64,000 nucleotides of DNA. Source: Bacteroidia bacterium (GTDB lineage: Bacteria; Bacteroidota; Bacteroidia; NS11-12g; UBA9320). The translations under genes were made by a program, and so were the position numbers. This document shows positions 1 through 9,702 of this stretch, one piece after another. The notes beneath the pieces are model-generated. The model was not told the origin of the DNA. It did no database searches and saw only the letters and a program-made list of their open reading frames with translations. The number at the start of each line of letters is the position of its first letter. Position 1 is the stretch's first letter. The stretch covers positions 480,001 to 544,000 of the forward strand of contig CBDCFW010000005.1 in assembly GCA_965216465.1 (NCBI GenBank), in the 5' to 3' direction.

Positions 1-1
1 A

Positions 2-796
2 AATCTCATCGTCGCCACTTTGTAATGGAATATGAAAATGTGGTACAAATTTGTCTGATGCCGCCACAAAGTCAATAATTTCATTCGACAGCAGGTTTGG
101 CTCAATACTGCTTATGCGGTAGCGGTCAATGCCTTCAATTTTGTCTAGCTCAACAATGAGGTCGTAAAAAGTTTCTGCATAGTCGTTATCGGCTCCAAAA
201 TCACCAATATTTACCCCAGTAAGCACAACTTCTTTAATATCAGTTGCTGCTACTTCTTTAGCTTTTGCCACAGTTTCTGCAATGGTCGCATTCCTACTTT
301 TTCCTCGGGCTAGAGGAATTGTACAGAAGGTACAGAAGTAATCACAGCCATCCTGAACCTTTAAAAAACTTCGTGTTCGATCACCAAAAGAATATGCCGG
401 CTCAAAGTGTTGAGTCTCCTTAATATTCTTGTTATGAACTATAGCTTTCTCCTCTTTTTGAAGTGAGTGCAGATGCTCTATCATGTTGAACTTTTCTGCG
501 GCACCCAAAACCATGTCCACTCCAGGTATTTCTGAAATTTCTTTAGGTTTGAGTTGAGCGTAACAGCCAATTACCACAACGTAAGCTTGCGGGTTTTGCT
601 TGAGAACAGATTTCACTGTAGTTCTACATTTCTTATCAGCATTGTCGGTTACAGAACATGTATTAATCACATAAATATCTGCTTCCTCTGAAAAATCGAC
701 ACGAGAAAATCCATTATCCTCCAACTGACGAACAATGGTGCTGCTTTCAGAAAAATTGAGCTTGCACCCCAGTGTATGTATTGCTACTCTATTCAC
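2..796 (-). CDS. mtaB: tRNA t6A37 methylthiotransferase MtaB (5' part; runs off window start)
   Basis: Not in ORF track. Minus-strand translation from GTG 796 gives MNRVAIHTLGCKLNFSES...INTCSVT...IGCYAQ...RTRSFLKVQDGCDYFCTFCTIP, i.e. MTTase N-terminus plus radical-SAM CxxxCxxC. Confidence 0.92.
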   Translation of the reverse strand, partial: MNRVAIHTLGCKLNFSESSTIVRQLEDNGFSRVDFSEEADIYVINTCSVTDNADKKCRTTVKSVLKQNPQAYVVVIGCYAQLKPKEISEIPGVDMVLGAAEKFNMIEHLHSLQKEEKAIVHNKNIKETQHFEPAYSFGDRTRSFLKVQDGCDYFCTFCTIPLARGKSRNATIAETVAKAKEVAATDIKEVVLTGVNIGDFGADNDYAETFYDLIVELDKIEGIDRYRISSIEPNLLSNEIIDFVAASDKFVPHFHIPLQSGDDEI

Positions 797-804
797 GAAG
801 GCTG

Positions 805-812
805 CAAAGGTA
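805..812 (-). promoter_or_regulatory. Bacteroidota -7 promoter element TACCTTTG upstream of mtaB
   Basis: Exact TAnnTTTG match 8 nt before the GTG start. Confidence 0.6.
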
Positions 813-929
813 AGAAGTTTTCGCTGCAACGAGCTCATCAATGCATGCTAATCAATGCTTAATCTCATCTTCATTTTTGAGTTATCTCATTTTTCTTGCT
901 TAACTTGTGCCTATCCTTGCAGTAGATTT

Positions 930-2168
930 ATGAGTGCACCAGAGACTTTTAAAATTTGGAAGAAACTATCTCACGAGGAGATAAAAAATCGTGTATTTAC
1001 TGCCTTAAAAAGCAATGTAGACTACAATCAGCAAAATATCCTTGGTATTCCTGCATCCTATTTAGATGACAAAGTGTTTAACCAAGAAGATGCATTTTTA
1101 ACCAATGCTCCATTTATATCAACCTTAATTCAAAATCCAAACCACATAGGTTGCCACACGCTTGGAAGCTCTGAGTCTTTCTTCACTGGAACTCAACAAA
1201 TAGAGCAAGAGCTCATTGAAATATGTGCGGTAGATATTCTTCAAGCTAAGGAGGGAGAAACCGATGGTTATGTGGCCTCAGGAGGTACAGAAGCAAATAT
1301 TCAAGCAATCTGGACCTACCGAAACATGTTTGAATCGGAATATGGTGCTAAACGTGACGAGATAGCAATACTATGCAGTGTTGATAGTCACTATTCAATG
1401 GATAAAGCTGCCAATTTGCTGGGCATAGATATTTATAAAGTAAATGTAAACGATAATGACCGTGAAATTTCTGAAGCGTATGTTTCTGAAACAGTTGAGC
1501 AAGCTAAAGCCAATGGGAAAAAATTCTTTGCAGTGGTTTCAAACATGATGACAACCATGTACGGATCGGTAGACAACATAGACCACTACATTACAGCTTT
1601 AGACCAATCTAATTGTGAATATCGAATTCATATTGATGGAGCTTTTGGTGGATTTTATTTCCCCTTTACCAAAAACAAAGGAAAACTGACTTTTCAGAAC
1701 CCTAAAATTACATCATTCACGCTCGACGCCCATAAAATGGCTCAAGCACCTTATGGAACAGGTATTTTTCTAATCCGCAAGAATTACATCAATTTTGCCA
1801 ATACCAAGGCAGGCTATGTTGAAGGAGACGATTTTACTTTAATTGGCAGTCGATCTGGAGCAAATGCTATAGCTGTTTGGATGATCTTAGCTAAAAATGG
1901 TCCGTTTGGATGGCAAGAAAAAATCTTTATTCTGCAACGACGAACCGAATGGATGTGTGAAGAATTGAAGAAGCTAAACATTGAATACTATAGCCATCGT
2001 TGGTCAAATATAATTACCATAAGAAGCAAACACATTCGACTAGATGTGGCTAAAGAATTTGGACTGGTACCCGATAATCATGCCAATCCAAGTTGGTTTA
2101 AGATTGTGTTAATGGATCACGTAACTATAGAAAAGCTGCTACCTTTAATTGAAAAATTAAAAGCTTAA
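930..2168 (+). CDS. Group II PLP-dependent amino-acid decarboxylase (MfnA/PanP/GAD-like)
   Basis: SGGTEAN, HYSMDKAA, HIDGAFGG, DAHKM (PLP lysine) and GSRSG motifs; start moved to ATG 930 (MSAPETF) from track start 855. Confidence 0.85.
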   Translation: MSAPETFKIWKKLSHEEIKNRVFTALKSNVDYNQQNILGIPASYLDDKVFNQEDAFLTNAPFISTLIQNPNHIGCHTLGSSESFFTGTQQIEQELIEICAVDILQAKEGETDGYVASGGTEANIQAIWTYRNMFESEYGAKRDEIAILCSVDSHYSMDKAANLLGIDIYKVNVNDNDREISEAYVSETVEQAKANGKKFFAVVSNMMTTMYGSVDNIDHYITALDQSNCEYRIHIDGAFGGFYFPFTKNKGKLTFQNPKITSFTLDAHKMAQAPYGTGIFLIRKNYINFANTKAGYVEGDDFTLIGSRSGANAIAVWMILAKNGPFGWQEKIFILQRRTEWMCEELKKLNIEYYSHRWSNIITIRSKHIRLDVAKEFGLVPDNHANPSWFKIVLMDHVTIEKLLPLIEKLKA

Positions 2169-3199
2169 CCTTTTTTCAAGGTAAAGCCAAAGGTAGAACC
2201 TTCACCCAACTCACTACGCACATTTACGGTTTGATCGTGTGCTTCTATTATGTGCTTAACAATCGATAAGCCTAGGCCACTTCCACCTTTATCTCTACTT
2301 CTTCCTGCATCTGTGCGATAAAAACGTTCAAATAATCTTGGCAGGTGTTCTTTTTCAATTCCAGAGCCGTTATCTGAAACTTCAATCAAAACATTCTGGT
2401 CAATGTCATAGAAGCCAACGGTTACTTTTCCTCCTTCATTTCCATATTTAATGGCGTTCACAATTAGGTTTACGAACACCTGTCGTATTCTATTTCGATC
2501 CGCGTAAACATCAAAAGTTTTGGAAGAAGTTTTTTTATAGCCGAACGAAATGTCTTTTTCTTTTGCTATTTGGCCAACCATTTCAACAACTTCTCTTGCA
2601 AGTTCGGCAATATCAAAAACTTCTAATTCTAAGTTTATACCTTTGTTTTCGAACTCGCTAATGGACGTTAAATCATCTACCAGTTCTACAAGTCGGTCTA
2701 CTCCTTTTCCTGCTTTCTCTAAAAAGAGTCGATTCACTTTTTTATCTTCCAGTGCTCCGTCTAAAAGCGTATGGATGTATCCTTGAATACTTTGAATAGG
2801 TGTTTTGAGTTCATGCCCAACATTCCCAATAAACTCACGTCTAAACTCCGCCTGTTCTTTAAGTTGAGAAATCTCTAACTGATTGTCTCTCATCCAGTTA
2901 ACTACTTCTTTACTGACTTCCTCAATGGGATCAACATCACGGTCTTTCAGCACTCCTTTTCGTTTTACCGTTTGTGTTTTAAAACGATAAATATTCTTAT
3001 AAATCAGCTTGATTTTTTTATAAATAAATTGCTGAAGAAGGTAACTGAATAAGAAAAAACTCAACAGAGCTACGCCCAGGAAGTTCAATAGTGCACTCGC
3101 GATGTCTATGGTAAAAATATAAACAACGAGACTAGAAATCGCAGCAACTGAAAGCGATGCTATTATAGCAATGCTTGCAGGGCTCTGGTTCTTTTTCAC
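2165..3199 (-). CDS. PhoR-like sensor histidine kinase
   Basis: Two N-terminal TM segments, HELKTP H-box, NAIKY, DNGSGI, FERFYR, GSGLGL. Confidence 0.9.
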   Translation of the reverse strand: MKKNQSPASIAIIASLSVAAISSLVVYIFTIDIASALLNFLGVALLSFFLFSYLLQQFIYKKIKLIYKNIYRFKTQTVKRKGVLKDRDVDPIEEVSKEVVNWMRDNQLEISQLKEQAEFRREFIGNVGHELKTPIQSIQGYIHTLLDGALEDKKVNRLFLEKAGKGVDRLVELVDDLTSISEFENKGINLELEVFDIAELAREVVEMVGQIAKEKDISFGYKKTSSKTFDVYADRNRIRQVFVNLIVNAIKYGNEGGKVTVGFYDIDQNVLIEVSDNGSGIEKEHLPRLFERFYRTDAGRSRDKGGSGLGLSIVKHIIEAHDQTVNVRSELGEGSTFGFTLKKG

Positions 3200-3867
3200 G
3201 CTTCAAATTTATATCCTACGCCTTTAATAGTTTTAATTTTTCCTTCACCTATTTTTTCGCGAATCTTTCTGATGTGCACATCGATGGTGCGATCAACAAC
3301 GTAAACGTCGGTACCCCAAACCTTATTCAAGATAGACTCTCGAGTGAAAACCTTTCCTGGTTTAGATGCTAGAAGAAACAACAATTCAAATTCTTTTTTA
3401 GGAAGGATAAGTTCATGCCCACGAACCGAAACCATAAAGGTATTTCGGTTAATGGCAATATCTCCAAGAACTATTTCTTCATCAACTGCTTCTTCTTTTG
3501 ATCTTTTGAGAATGGCTTTGATTCTGCTTAGTAGAACTCGAGGTTTGATTGGTTTAGTAATATAATCGTCGGCACCAACGTCAAAACCAGCAATTTCTGA
3601 ATATTCTTCTGATCGAGCAGTTAAGAAAGATACAAATACATCTTCTAGTCCTTCCGTCTCTCGAATTCGTCGGCAAGCTTCTATGCCATCCATTTTAGGC
3701 ATCATTATGTCTAGCAAGATGAGGTCAGGTTTCTTATTTTTTGCCTTTTCAACGGCTTCTTCTCCGTCATAAGCTACATAGCATTTATAACCTTCTTTCT
3801 CAAGATTATACTTAACGAGATCAACAATATCTTTCTCGTCGTCAGCTATTAATATCTTCTTTGCCAT
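3196..3867 (-). CDS. OmpR/PhoB-family response regulator
   Basis: Receiver (ADDE, LLDIMMP, KP) plus winged helix RTIDVHIRKIR...TIKGVGYKF; overlaps kinase start by 4 nt. Confidence 0.93.
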   Translation of the reverse strand: MAKKILIADDEKDIVDLVKYNLEKEGYKCYVAYDGEEAVEKAKNKKPDLILLDIMMPKMDGIEACRRIRETEGLEDVFVSFLTARSEEYSEIAGFDVGADDYITKPIKPRVLLSRIKAILKRSKEEAVDEEIVLGDIAINRNTFMVSVRGHELILPKKEFELLFLLASKPGKVFTRESILNKVWGTDVYVVDRTIDVHIRKIREKIGEGKIKTIKGVGYKFEA

Positions 3868-3956
3868 TTCTGATACAAATTAATTAAGTCTTCAACAACT
3901 TACCCTTGCCTCAAAGTTAACAGAATATTAAGTTTATGAATTTAACTTCAGTAATA

Positions 3957-4379
3957 TTAGAATTTCTTAACCCTTTGAATGGTTGTATAATTCTTCAGGT
4001 CATTCAGATTTGACGTCGCTTCCTCCACATACGACGAATCCGTTTCTTGAGTGATATAACACGTTTTTACCAAGCTGTCAATATCTTGAGGTAGTGCAAT
4101 GGACTCGGGATTATTAAGCACCTGTTTGAATGTTAGATTATAGCTTGTGTCGGTTAGCCACTCGATAGCAAAATCGACGATTAGATCATACTGCGTTATA
4201 GTCTCAATTTGATTTGAATCAGTCCTACTGATTAAGAAAGTGCCAAACGGATCTTGTTGATAATAAAAGGATCCTTCCTTCCATTGATTAAAAGGTTCTT
4301 CAGCAACTTCTTTAACTTCATTACGTGAGCATCCAAATGCCAAAAGAATGAGGGTAAAGACTAAGAGGATTTTGTGCAT
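3957..4379 (-). CDS. Hypothetical lipoprotein
   Basis: Signal peptide with lipobox LAFGC; 140 aa. Confidence 0.7.
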   Translation of the reverse strand: MHKILLVFTLILLAFGCSRNEVKEVAEEPFNQWKEGSFYYQQDPFGTFLISRTDSNQIETITQYDLIVDFAIEWLTDTSYNLTFKQVLNNPESIALPQDIDSLVKTCYITQETDSSYVEEATSNLNDLKNYTTIQRVKKF

Positions 4380-4386
4380 TTACAAC

Positions 4387-5514
4387 TTAATTGAGAATAG
4401 ACTCAAGCAAAGGTTCAAGATCTCCGCTTCTCAACCCTGATTTAATAATTCGACCGTCTTGGTCGATTAAAAATGTTTGCGGAATTGAGCGAACGCCATA
4501 CAGTTTTGCTGCAGACGATCTCCAACCTTTGAGGTCACTTACATGGTTCCAAGTAAGACCATCTTTGGCAATAGCCGCTTGCCATTGGCGCATATTATTA
4601 TCTAACGATACACCGTAAATTTCAAATCCTTTGTCTTTGTACTTCTCGTAGATGGCTTTTACATGTGGATTTTCCTTTCTACATGGACCGCACCAGCTTG
4701 CCCAAAAGTCAATCAAAACTACTTTTCCACGAAGTGATGAAAGTGCAAGACTATCTCCTTCAGGAGTAACTAGATTTAATTCTGGGGCTTCACGTCCTTC
4801 AATCGTTGGGCCTAGGATGTCTGCCTCTTTTTTTAGTTGTGTGGCATATACTGTTCCTGGGAACTCAGCTTCAAGTTTTTCGCTGCCTTTTAATATTAAT
4901 CGAGGCACAGGACGTTGAAAAAGATATTTAACCGCAAAATAGGTAACAGGACTACCAGGCTCTTTTTCTATAAAAGTCTCAATTTCTTTCTCTCTCCCTT
5001 GCACCAATTCATTGTATCGTTTCGTAATGTCATTACGCATTTGATCTGTAGCTTCTTCTGCACTTATTTTAGACACTTCTTCATTAAAATTCAACATTTT
5101 AAGGTCAAATGAAGTGTACAAATCGTGCAAACGAGCCATAGATTCATTGTGCTTTCCCCCACTTACGCTGAATTTTATCACTTTTCCTTTATCGATGTCA
5201 AATTCAAGTTTGGCTCCAGATTCAATTACCAAAGGAATACCAGGAGGTACTTCTTTGTTAAATGTGATATAGTGTAGTAAGCTTTCTTCTGTAGCATCAC
5301 CTTCAAACTGAAACTGCCCTTTGGCACTCACTCTTGTGGTATCGAGCATTACCAGTTTGGTGTCTGTAACCTTCGAAAGATAAACCAAGGTATTCGGTTC
5401 AATATTCGACTCTGCCTTAATGGTGAATCCTTTAATTGTCGAATTCGCAACAGAGTTATAAGCGAAAGCCAAAATGGCTAATCCAAGTAGAAGAAGTGAT
5501 TTTTTAAATTTCAT
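4387..5514 (-). CDS. TlpA/ResA-family thiol-disulfide oxidoreductase with N-terminal DUF4369-like region
   Basis: Signal peptide from MKFKKS; DFWASWCGPCR thioredoxin motif; YGVRSIP. Confidence 0.9.
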   Translation of the reverse strand: MKFKKSLLLLGLAILAFAYNSVANSTIKGFTIKAESNIEPNTLVYLSKVTDTKLVMLDTTRVSAKGQFQFEGDATEESLLHYITFNKEVPPGIPLVIESGAKLEFDIDKGKVIKFSVSGGKHNESMARLHDLYTSFDLKMLNFNEEVSKISAEEATDQMRNDITKRYNELVQGREKEIETFIEKEPGSPVTYFAVKYLFQRPVPRLILKGSEKLEAEFPGTVYATQLKKEADILGPTIEGREAPELNLVTPEGDSLALSSLRGKVVLIDFWASWCGPCRKENPHVKAIYEKYKDKGFEIYGVSLDNNMRQWQAAIAKDGLTWNHVSDLKGWRSSAAKLYGVRSIPQTFLIDQDGRIIKSGLRSGDLEPLLESILN

Positions 5515-5547
5515 TGTTATACAAATTGTATGCAATTGCTGTACCAA

Positions 5548-6999
5548 TTAATTATTTAACGCTTTAGCCAACAGTTGGTTCGTTTTTTTAGGGTCTGCCT
5601 TTCCTCCAGATTTCCTCATTATTTGGCCCATAAACATGCCTAACAAGCCAGTTTTACCATTTCTATATGCTTCAACTTTATCAGGATGCTCGCTTAAAAC
5701 CTCATCAATTAGCTTCTGCAAGGTATCATCATCTCCTGTTTGTGCCAAATTAAGTTCTGCAATCAATTCTTTAACACCTTTCTCAGGATTTTGAACGATG
5801 GCAGGAAACAATTTCTGTTCAGCACTACTAAAGCTTAAGATACCCTCATCTATAGACGAAATAACCTCAGAAATAGTTGCTGCATTTACAGGAAAATCTT
5901 CAATATGGCTTGCATTGCTATTTATCCAACCTTTAACAGCACCCATGGTCCAGTTTGCAGCTGCTTTATAATTCGTTGTATGCTCACATATTTCTAAGAA
6001 GAAATCAGCAATCTCTTTTGATTCCGTTAAAATGCCTGCATCGTATGTACTCAGTTTAAGTTCGTTGGTAAATCGAGCAAATAATTCTTTAGGAAGTGCC
6101 GGCATTTTATCACTTATTTCCTTTATCCATTCATCAGACACAATTAGCGGTGGAAGGTCTGGTTCAGGGAAAAAGCGATAATCATTTACCATTTCTTTGC
6201 TTCGCATGGTAAATGTCGTCCCTTTTAAAGCATCAAAACTTCGTGTTTCTGAAAATATTTCTTCACCCTTATCTGTCATTTCACATTGACGCTCAAACTC
6301 ATGTTCAATGGCACGCTTTACATTGCTCATTGAGTTCATGTTTTTCACTTCGACTTTAGTGCCGAAAGTTGAACTACCTAATGGACGAATTGAAATATTG
6401 GCGTCGCAGCGTAAGCTTCCTTCTTCCATATTTCCGTCGCACACTCCTAAATAGCGAACAAGCTTTCTAACTTCGGTTAAAAACGCATAGGCGTCATCGC
6501 CGCTTCTCAAATCCGGTTCTGTTACAATTTCTACCAATGGAGTTCCAGCTCGATTGTAGTCCATCAATGTGTTTTCAATGTCGAGATCATGTAAACTTTT
6601 TCCTGTATCCTCCTCCATATGAATTCGGGTTAAGCGGATAGTCTTAGAGCTGCCATCTGGAAGATCAATCTCAACAGAACCGTGCTCACATATGGGGGTA
6701 TCTAACTGAGTTATTTGATAGCCTTTTGGTAAGTCGGCGTAGAAATAGTTTTTTCTATCGTATTTGTTGTAACGGGTAATATCACTTTTACAGGCTAAAC
6801 CGAGCATGATGGCCATGTTAATTGCCTCTTTGTTATGTACCGGCAAGGTTCCAGGATGTCCTAAACTGACAGGACTAACCAAAGTATTAGGCAAGGCTCC
6901 ATAGCTCACTTCATCAGCACAAAAAGCTTTAGAATTTGTTTTAAGTTGAGCATGGATTTCTAGTCCAATTACTGCTTCATATTTATCGTTCTTTAACAT
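5548..6999 (-). CDS. gatB: Asp-tRNA(Asn)/Glu-tRNA(Gln) amidotransferase subunit B
   Basis: VIGLEIHAQL, RKNYFYADLPKGYQI, RIHMEED, DYNRAGTPLVEI, YRFFPEPDLP; YqeY-like tail. Confidence 0.97.
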   Translation of the reverse strand: MLKNDKYEAVIGLEIHAQLKTNSKAFCADEVSYGALPNTLVSPVSLGHPGTLPVHNKEAINMAIMLGLACKSDITRYNKYDRKNYFYADLPKGYQITQLDTPICEHGSVEIDLPDGSSKTIRLTRIHMEEDTGKSLHDLDIENTLMDYNRAGTPLVEIVTEPDLRSGDDAYAFLTEVRKLVRYLGVCDGNMEEGSLRCDANISIRPLGSSTFGTKVEVKNMNSMSNVKRAIEHEFERQCEMTDKGEEIFSETRSFDALKGTTFTMRSKEMVNDYRFFPEPDLPPLIVSDEWIKEISDKMPALPKELFARFTNELKLSTYDAGILTESKEIADFFLEICEHTTNYKAAANWTMGAVKGWINSNASHIEDFPVNAATISEVISSIDEGILSFSSAEQKLFPAIVQNPEKGVKELIAELNLAQTGDDDTLQKLIDEVLSEHPDKVEAYRNGKTGLLGMFMGQIMRKSGGKADPKKTNQLLAKALNN

Positions 7000-7001
7000 G
7001 T

Positions 7002-9626
7002 TTATCCTGTCACAAAATTACTTGCCAATTCTTTAACTTTTGGTAGTCCAGACACGTCTGCTCCTCCTGCTTGTGCAAAGAAAGGTTGACCACCTCCTCC
7101 ACCTTTAACTTCTTTTGCCCATTCACGAATCAGTTGACCAGCATTCCAGTCTTTGTCTTTCACCAAGTTATCACTAATCATAATGCTAATACTGGGCTTA
7201 TTATTGATATCGGCTAACAGTACACAAAACAGATTGTCTACTTCTTCTTTTAACTGAAAACAAAGATCTTTAGCTTGACCGGCATTGCTTACACTAATTT
7301 GATCAATTATGGCATTTACTCCATTTAACTTAGATGCCCCATTCTTTAAGCTCGTCTTAAGCTGAGCCACCTGAATATTTTCAAACTCTTCAACTTGCTG
7401 TTTCAAATTAGCATTTTCTTTCTGAAGTGCTTGAACCGCTTTGAGAACAACACCGTCGTGCTGGCTTCTAGTTGCACCAGTAACTGATTCTAAGATATCT
7501 AATTTCTCCTGGATGTAGGCATCGGCTTCATCTCCTGTTATTGCTTCTATTCTTCTAACACCTGCAGCAACTGCTGATTCACTGATAATCTTTATCATGC
7601 CAATCTGTGCCGTGTTTTTTACGTGAGTACCTCCACACAGCTCAATTGAATAATCTTTATCAAACGTGATCATTCGAACTACATCACCATATTTCTCGCC
7701 AAATAAGGCAGTAGCTCCTTTATTGATTGCCTCATCAAAAGGAACGTTACGAGCTTCATCAAGGGCAATAGCTTCTCTTATTTTTTGATTTGCTAATTTC
7801 TCAATTTGTTGAATTTCTTCTGTTTCGACCTTCTGAAAGTGTGAAAAATCAAATCGCAAATGTTTATGATTTACCAAAGATCCTTTCTGGTTCACATGCT
7901 CTCCCAAAACTTGCTTCAAAGCTGCATGCAAAAGGTGGGTCGCACTGTGATTGAATTCGGTCTTTTCTCTTTTCTCTTTATTCACCTTAGCACTAAAAAC
8001 CTGTTCTAAATCTTGCGGAAGTTTATCAGAAATCATCACATGCAATTGATTTTCTTTTTGCGTATCTAAGATTCCAATTTTTTCATCATTCGATTTTCCG
8101 ATGATTACTCCAGTATCTCCAACCTGGCCTCCACTTTCTGCATAGAACGGTGTTAAGTTAAAAACAAGGTGAAATTGTTTCTTATTCTTTACCGTTACTT
8201 CTCGATAACGCGAGATTTTAACATCAGTTTCAAGATAATCGTAGCCTACAAATTCTTCTCTTTCGTCTTCGTGAATAACTATCCAATCACCAGCCTCTTT
8301 TTTAGCATCTGCACGGCTTCTTTCTTTTTGCTGCAGCAGGGCCGCTTCAAAACCTTTAAGATCGACCTCAATATTCTTCTCTTTAGCAAGAAGCTGAGTT
8401 AAATCGATTGGAAAACCAAAGGTATCGTACAATTCAAATGCATGCTCTCCTGATAGTTTATCTTCAGATGCTGTATAAGAATCAAATAAGCGTAAACCGT
8501 TGTTCAATGTCTTCAAAAAAGACTTCTCTTCTTGCTCTACAACCTTCTTAACAAAATCTTTTTGAGCATATAGATCGGGAAAAATGGATTTGAATTTCTC
8601 AGCTAGAACTTCAATCAGTTGATAGATGAATGGCTGCTCAAGATTTAGAAAGCTATATCCATAGCGAATTGCTCTTCTCAAAATTCTCCTTACTACATAT
8701 CCGGCTTTTTCATTGCTTGGTAATTGTCCATCAGAAATAGTAAAACTAACAGCTCTTAAATGGTCAGCGATTACTCTAAATGCAATATCCGTCTTTTCAT
8801 CGTTTCCATACTTTATACCACTGATTTTCTCTATTTCCGCAATTACATCCATGAATATATCAATATCGTAATTGCTATGTTGCCCGTTGATGGCACGCAC
8901 AATACGTTCCAATCCCATACCGGTATCCACGTGTTTTTCCGGTAAATTCTCTAGACTTCCATTGGCTTTTCGGTTGTACTGAATAAACACGAGATTCCAC
9001 AACTCAATAACTTGTTCATGGTCTTTGTTTACTAGGTCTTTGCCATCAATTTGCTGTCGCTCAGCTTCCGGTCGAAGATCCATATGTATTTCGGAGCAAG
9101 GACCACAAGGACCAGATTCTCCCATTTCCCAGAAATTATCTTTCTTATCACAGAACAAAATACGGTCAGTTTCGATATAACTGTCCCATATTTTAGCCGC
9201 TTCATTATCAGCTTCTAAGCCATCTTCTTTATCCCCCTCAAACACAGTAACATACAGCCTGTCTTTTGGCAGTTTGTAGACCTCAGTAAGCAATTCCCAA
9301 GCCCATTTAATAGCGTCTTCTTTAAAGTAGTCTCCGAAGCTCCAGTTGCCCAACATTTCGAACATGGTGTGATGGTAAGTATCAACTCCAACTTCCTCTA
9401 AATCATTGTGTTTACCACTAACTCTTAGACATTTTTGTGTATCAGCAACACGCGTATTTTTGGCCACTTTATTCCCTAAGAAATAATCTTTGAACTGATT
9501 CATTCCGGCATTGGTGAACATCAATGTTGGATCGTCTTTCACCACTATAGGTGCAGAATCTACAATTTGATGTCCTTTATCTTTAAAATAGTCGAGAAAT
9601 TGGTCTCGTACTTCGGCTGCTGTCAT
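7002..9626 (-). CDS. alaS: Alanine--tRNA ligase
   Basis: DPTLMFTNAGMNQFK, HHTMFEMLGNWSFGDYFK, GPCGPCSE, HSATHLLH, ELCGGTHV, GGGGG; start placed at MTAAEVR because the track start overlaps the divergent gene. Confidence 0.97.
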   Translation of the reverse strand: MTAAEVRDQFLDYFKDKGHQIVDSAPIVVKDDPTLMFTNAGMNQFKDYFLGNKVAKNTRVADTQKCLRVSGKHNDLEEVGVDTYHHTMFEMLGNWSFGDYFKEDAIKWAWELLTEVYKLPKDRLYVTVFEGDKEDGLEADNEAAKIWDSYIETDRILFCDKKDNFWEMGESGPCGPCSEIHMDLRPEAERQQIDGKDLVNKDHEQVIELWNLVFIQYNRKANGSLENLPEKHVDTGMGLERIVRAINGQHSNYDIDIFMDVIAEIEKISGIKYGNDEKTDIAFRVIADHLRAVSFTISDGQLPSNEKAGYVVRRILRRAIRYGYSFLNLEQPFIYQLIEVLAEKFKSIFPDLYAQKDFVKKVVEQEEKSFLKTLNNGLRLFDSYTASEDKLSGEHAFELYDTFGFPIDLTQLLAKEKNIEVDLKGFEAALLQQKERSRADAKKEAGDWIVIHEDEREEFVGYDYLETDVKISRYREVTVKNKKQFHLVFNLTPFYAESGGQVGDTGVIIGKSNDEKIGILDTQKENQLHVMISDKLPQDLEQVFSAKVNKEKREKTEFNHSATHLLHAALKQVLGEHVNQKGSLVNHKHLRFDFSHFQKVETEEIQQIEKLANQKIREAIALDEARNVPFDEAINKGATALFGEKYGDVVRMITFDKDYSIELCGGTHVKNTAQIGMIKIISESAVAAGVRRIEAITGDEADAYIQEKLDILESVTGATRSQHDGVVLKAVQALQKENANLKQQVEEFENIQVAQLKTSLKNGASKLNGVNAIIDQISVSNAGQAKDLCFQLKEEVDNLFCVLLADINNKPSISIMISDNLVKDKDWNAGQLIREWAKEVKGGGGGQPFFAQAGGADVSGLPKVKELASNFVTG

Positions 9627-9702
9627 TCTTTTGTCTAATTGTTCTTTATACTCCATCCAAATATTTCTATCTTTGCATGAATTATAAGGGTGCAAAAATA
9701 CA

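Noticed and set aside
5548-6999. gatB without gatA/gatC
   Set aside because: Dispersed gat genes are common in this phylum; absence from a 64-kb window is uninformative.
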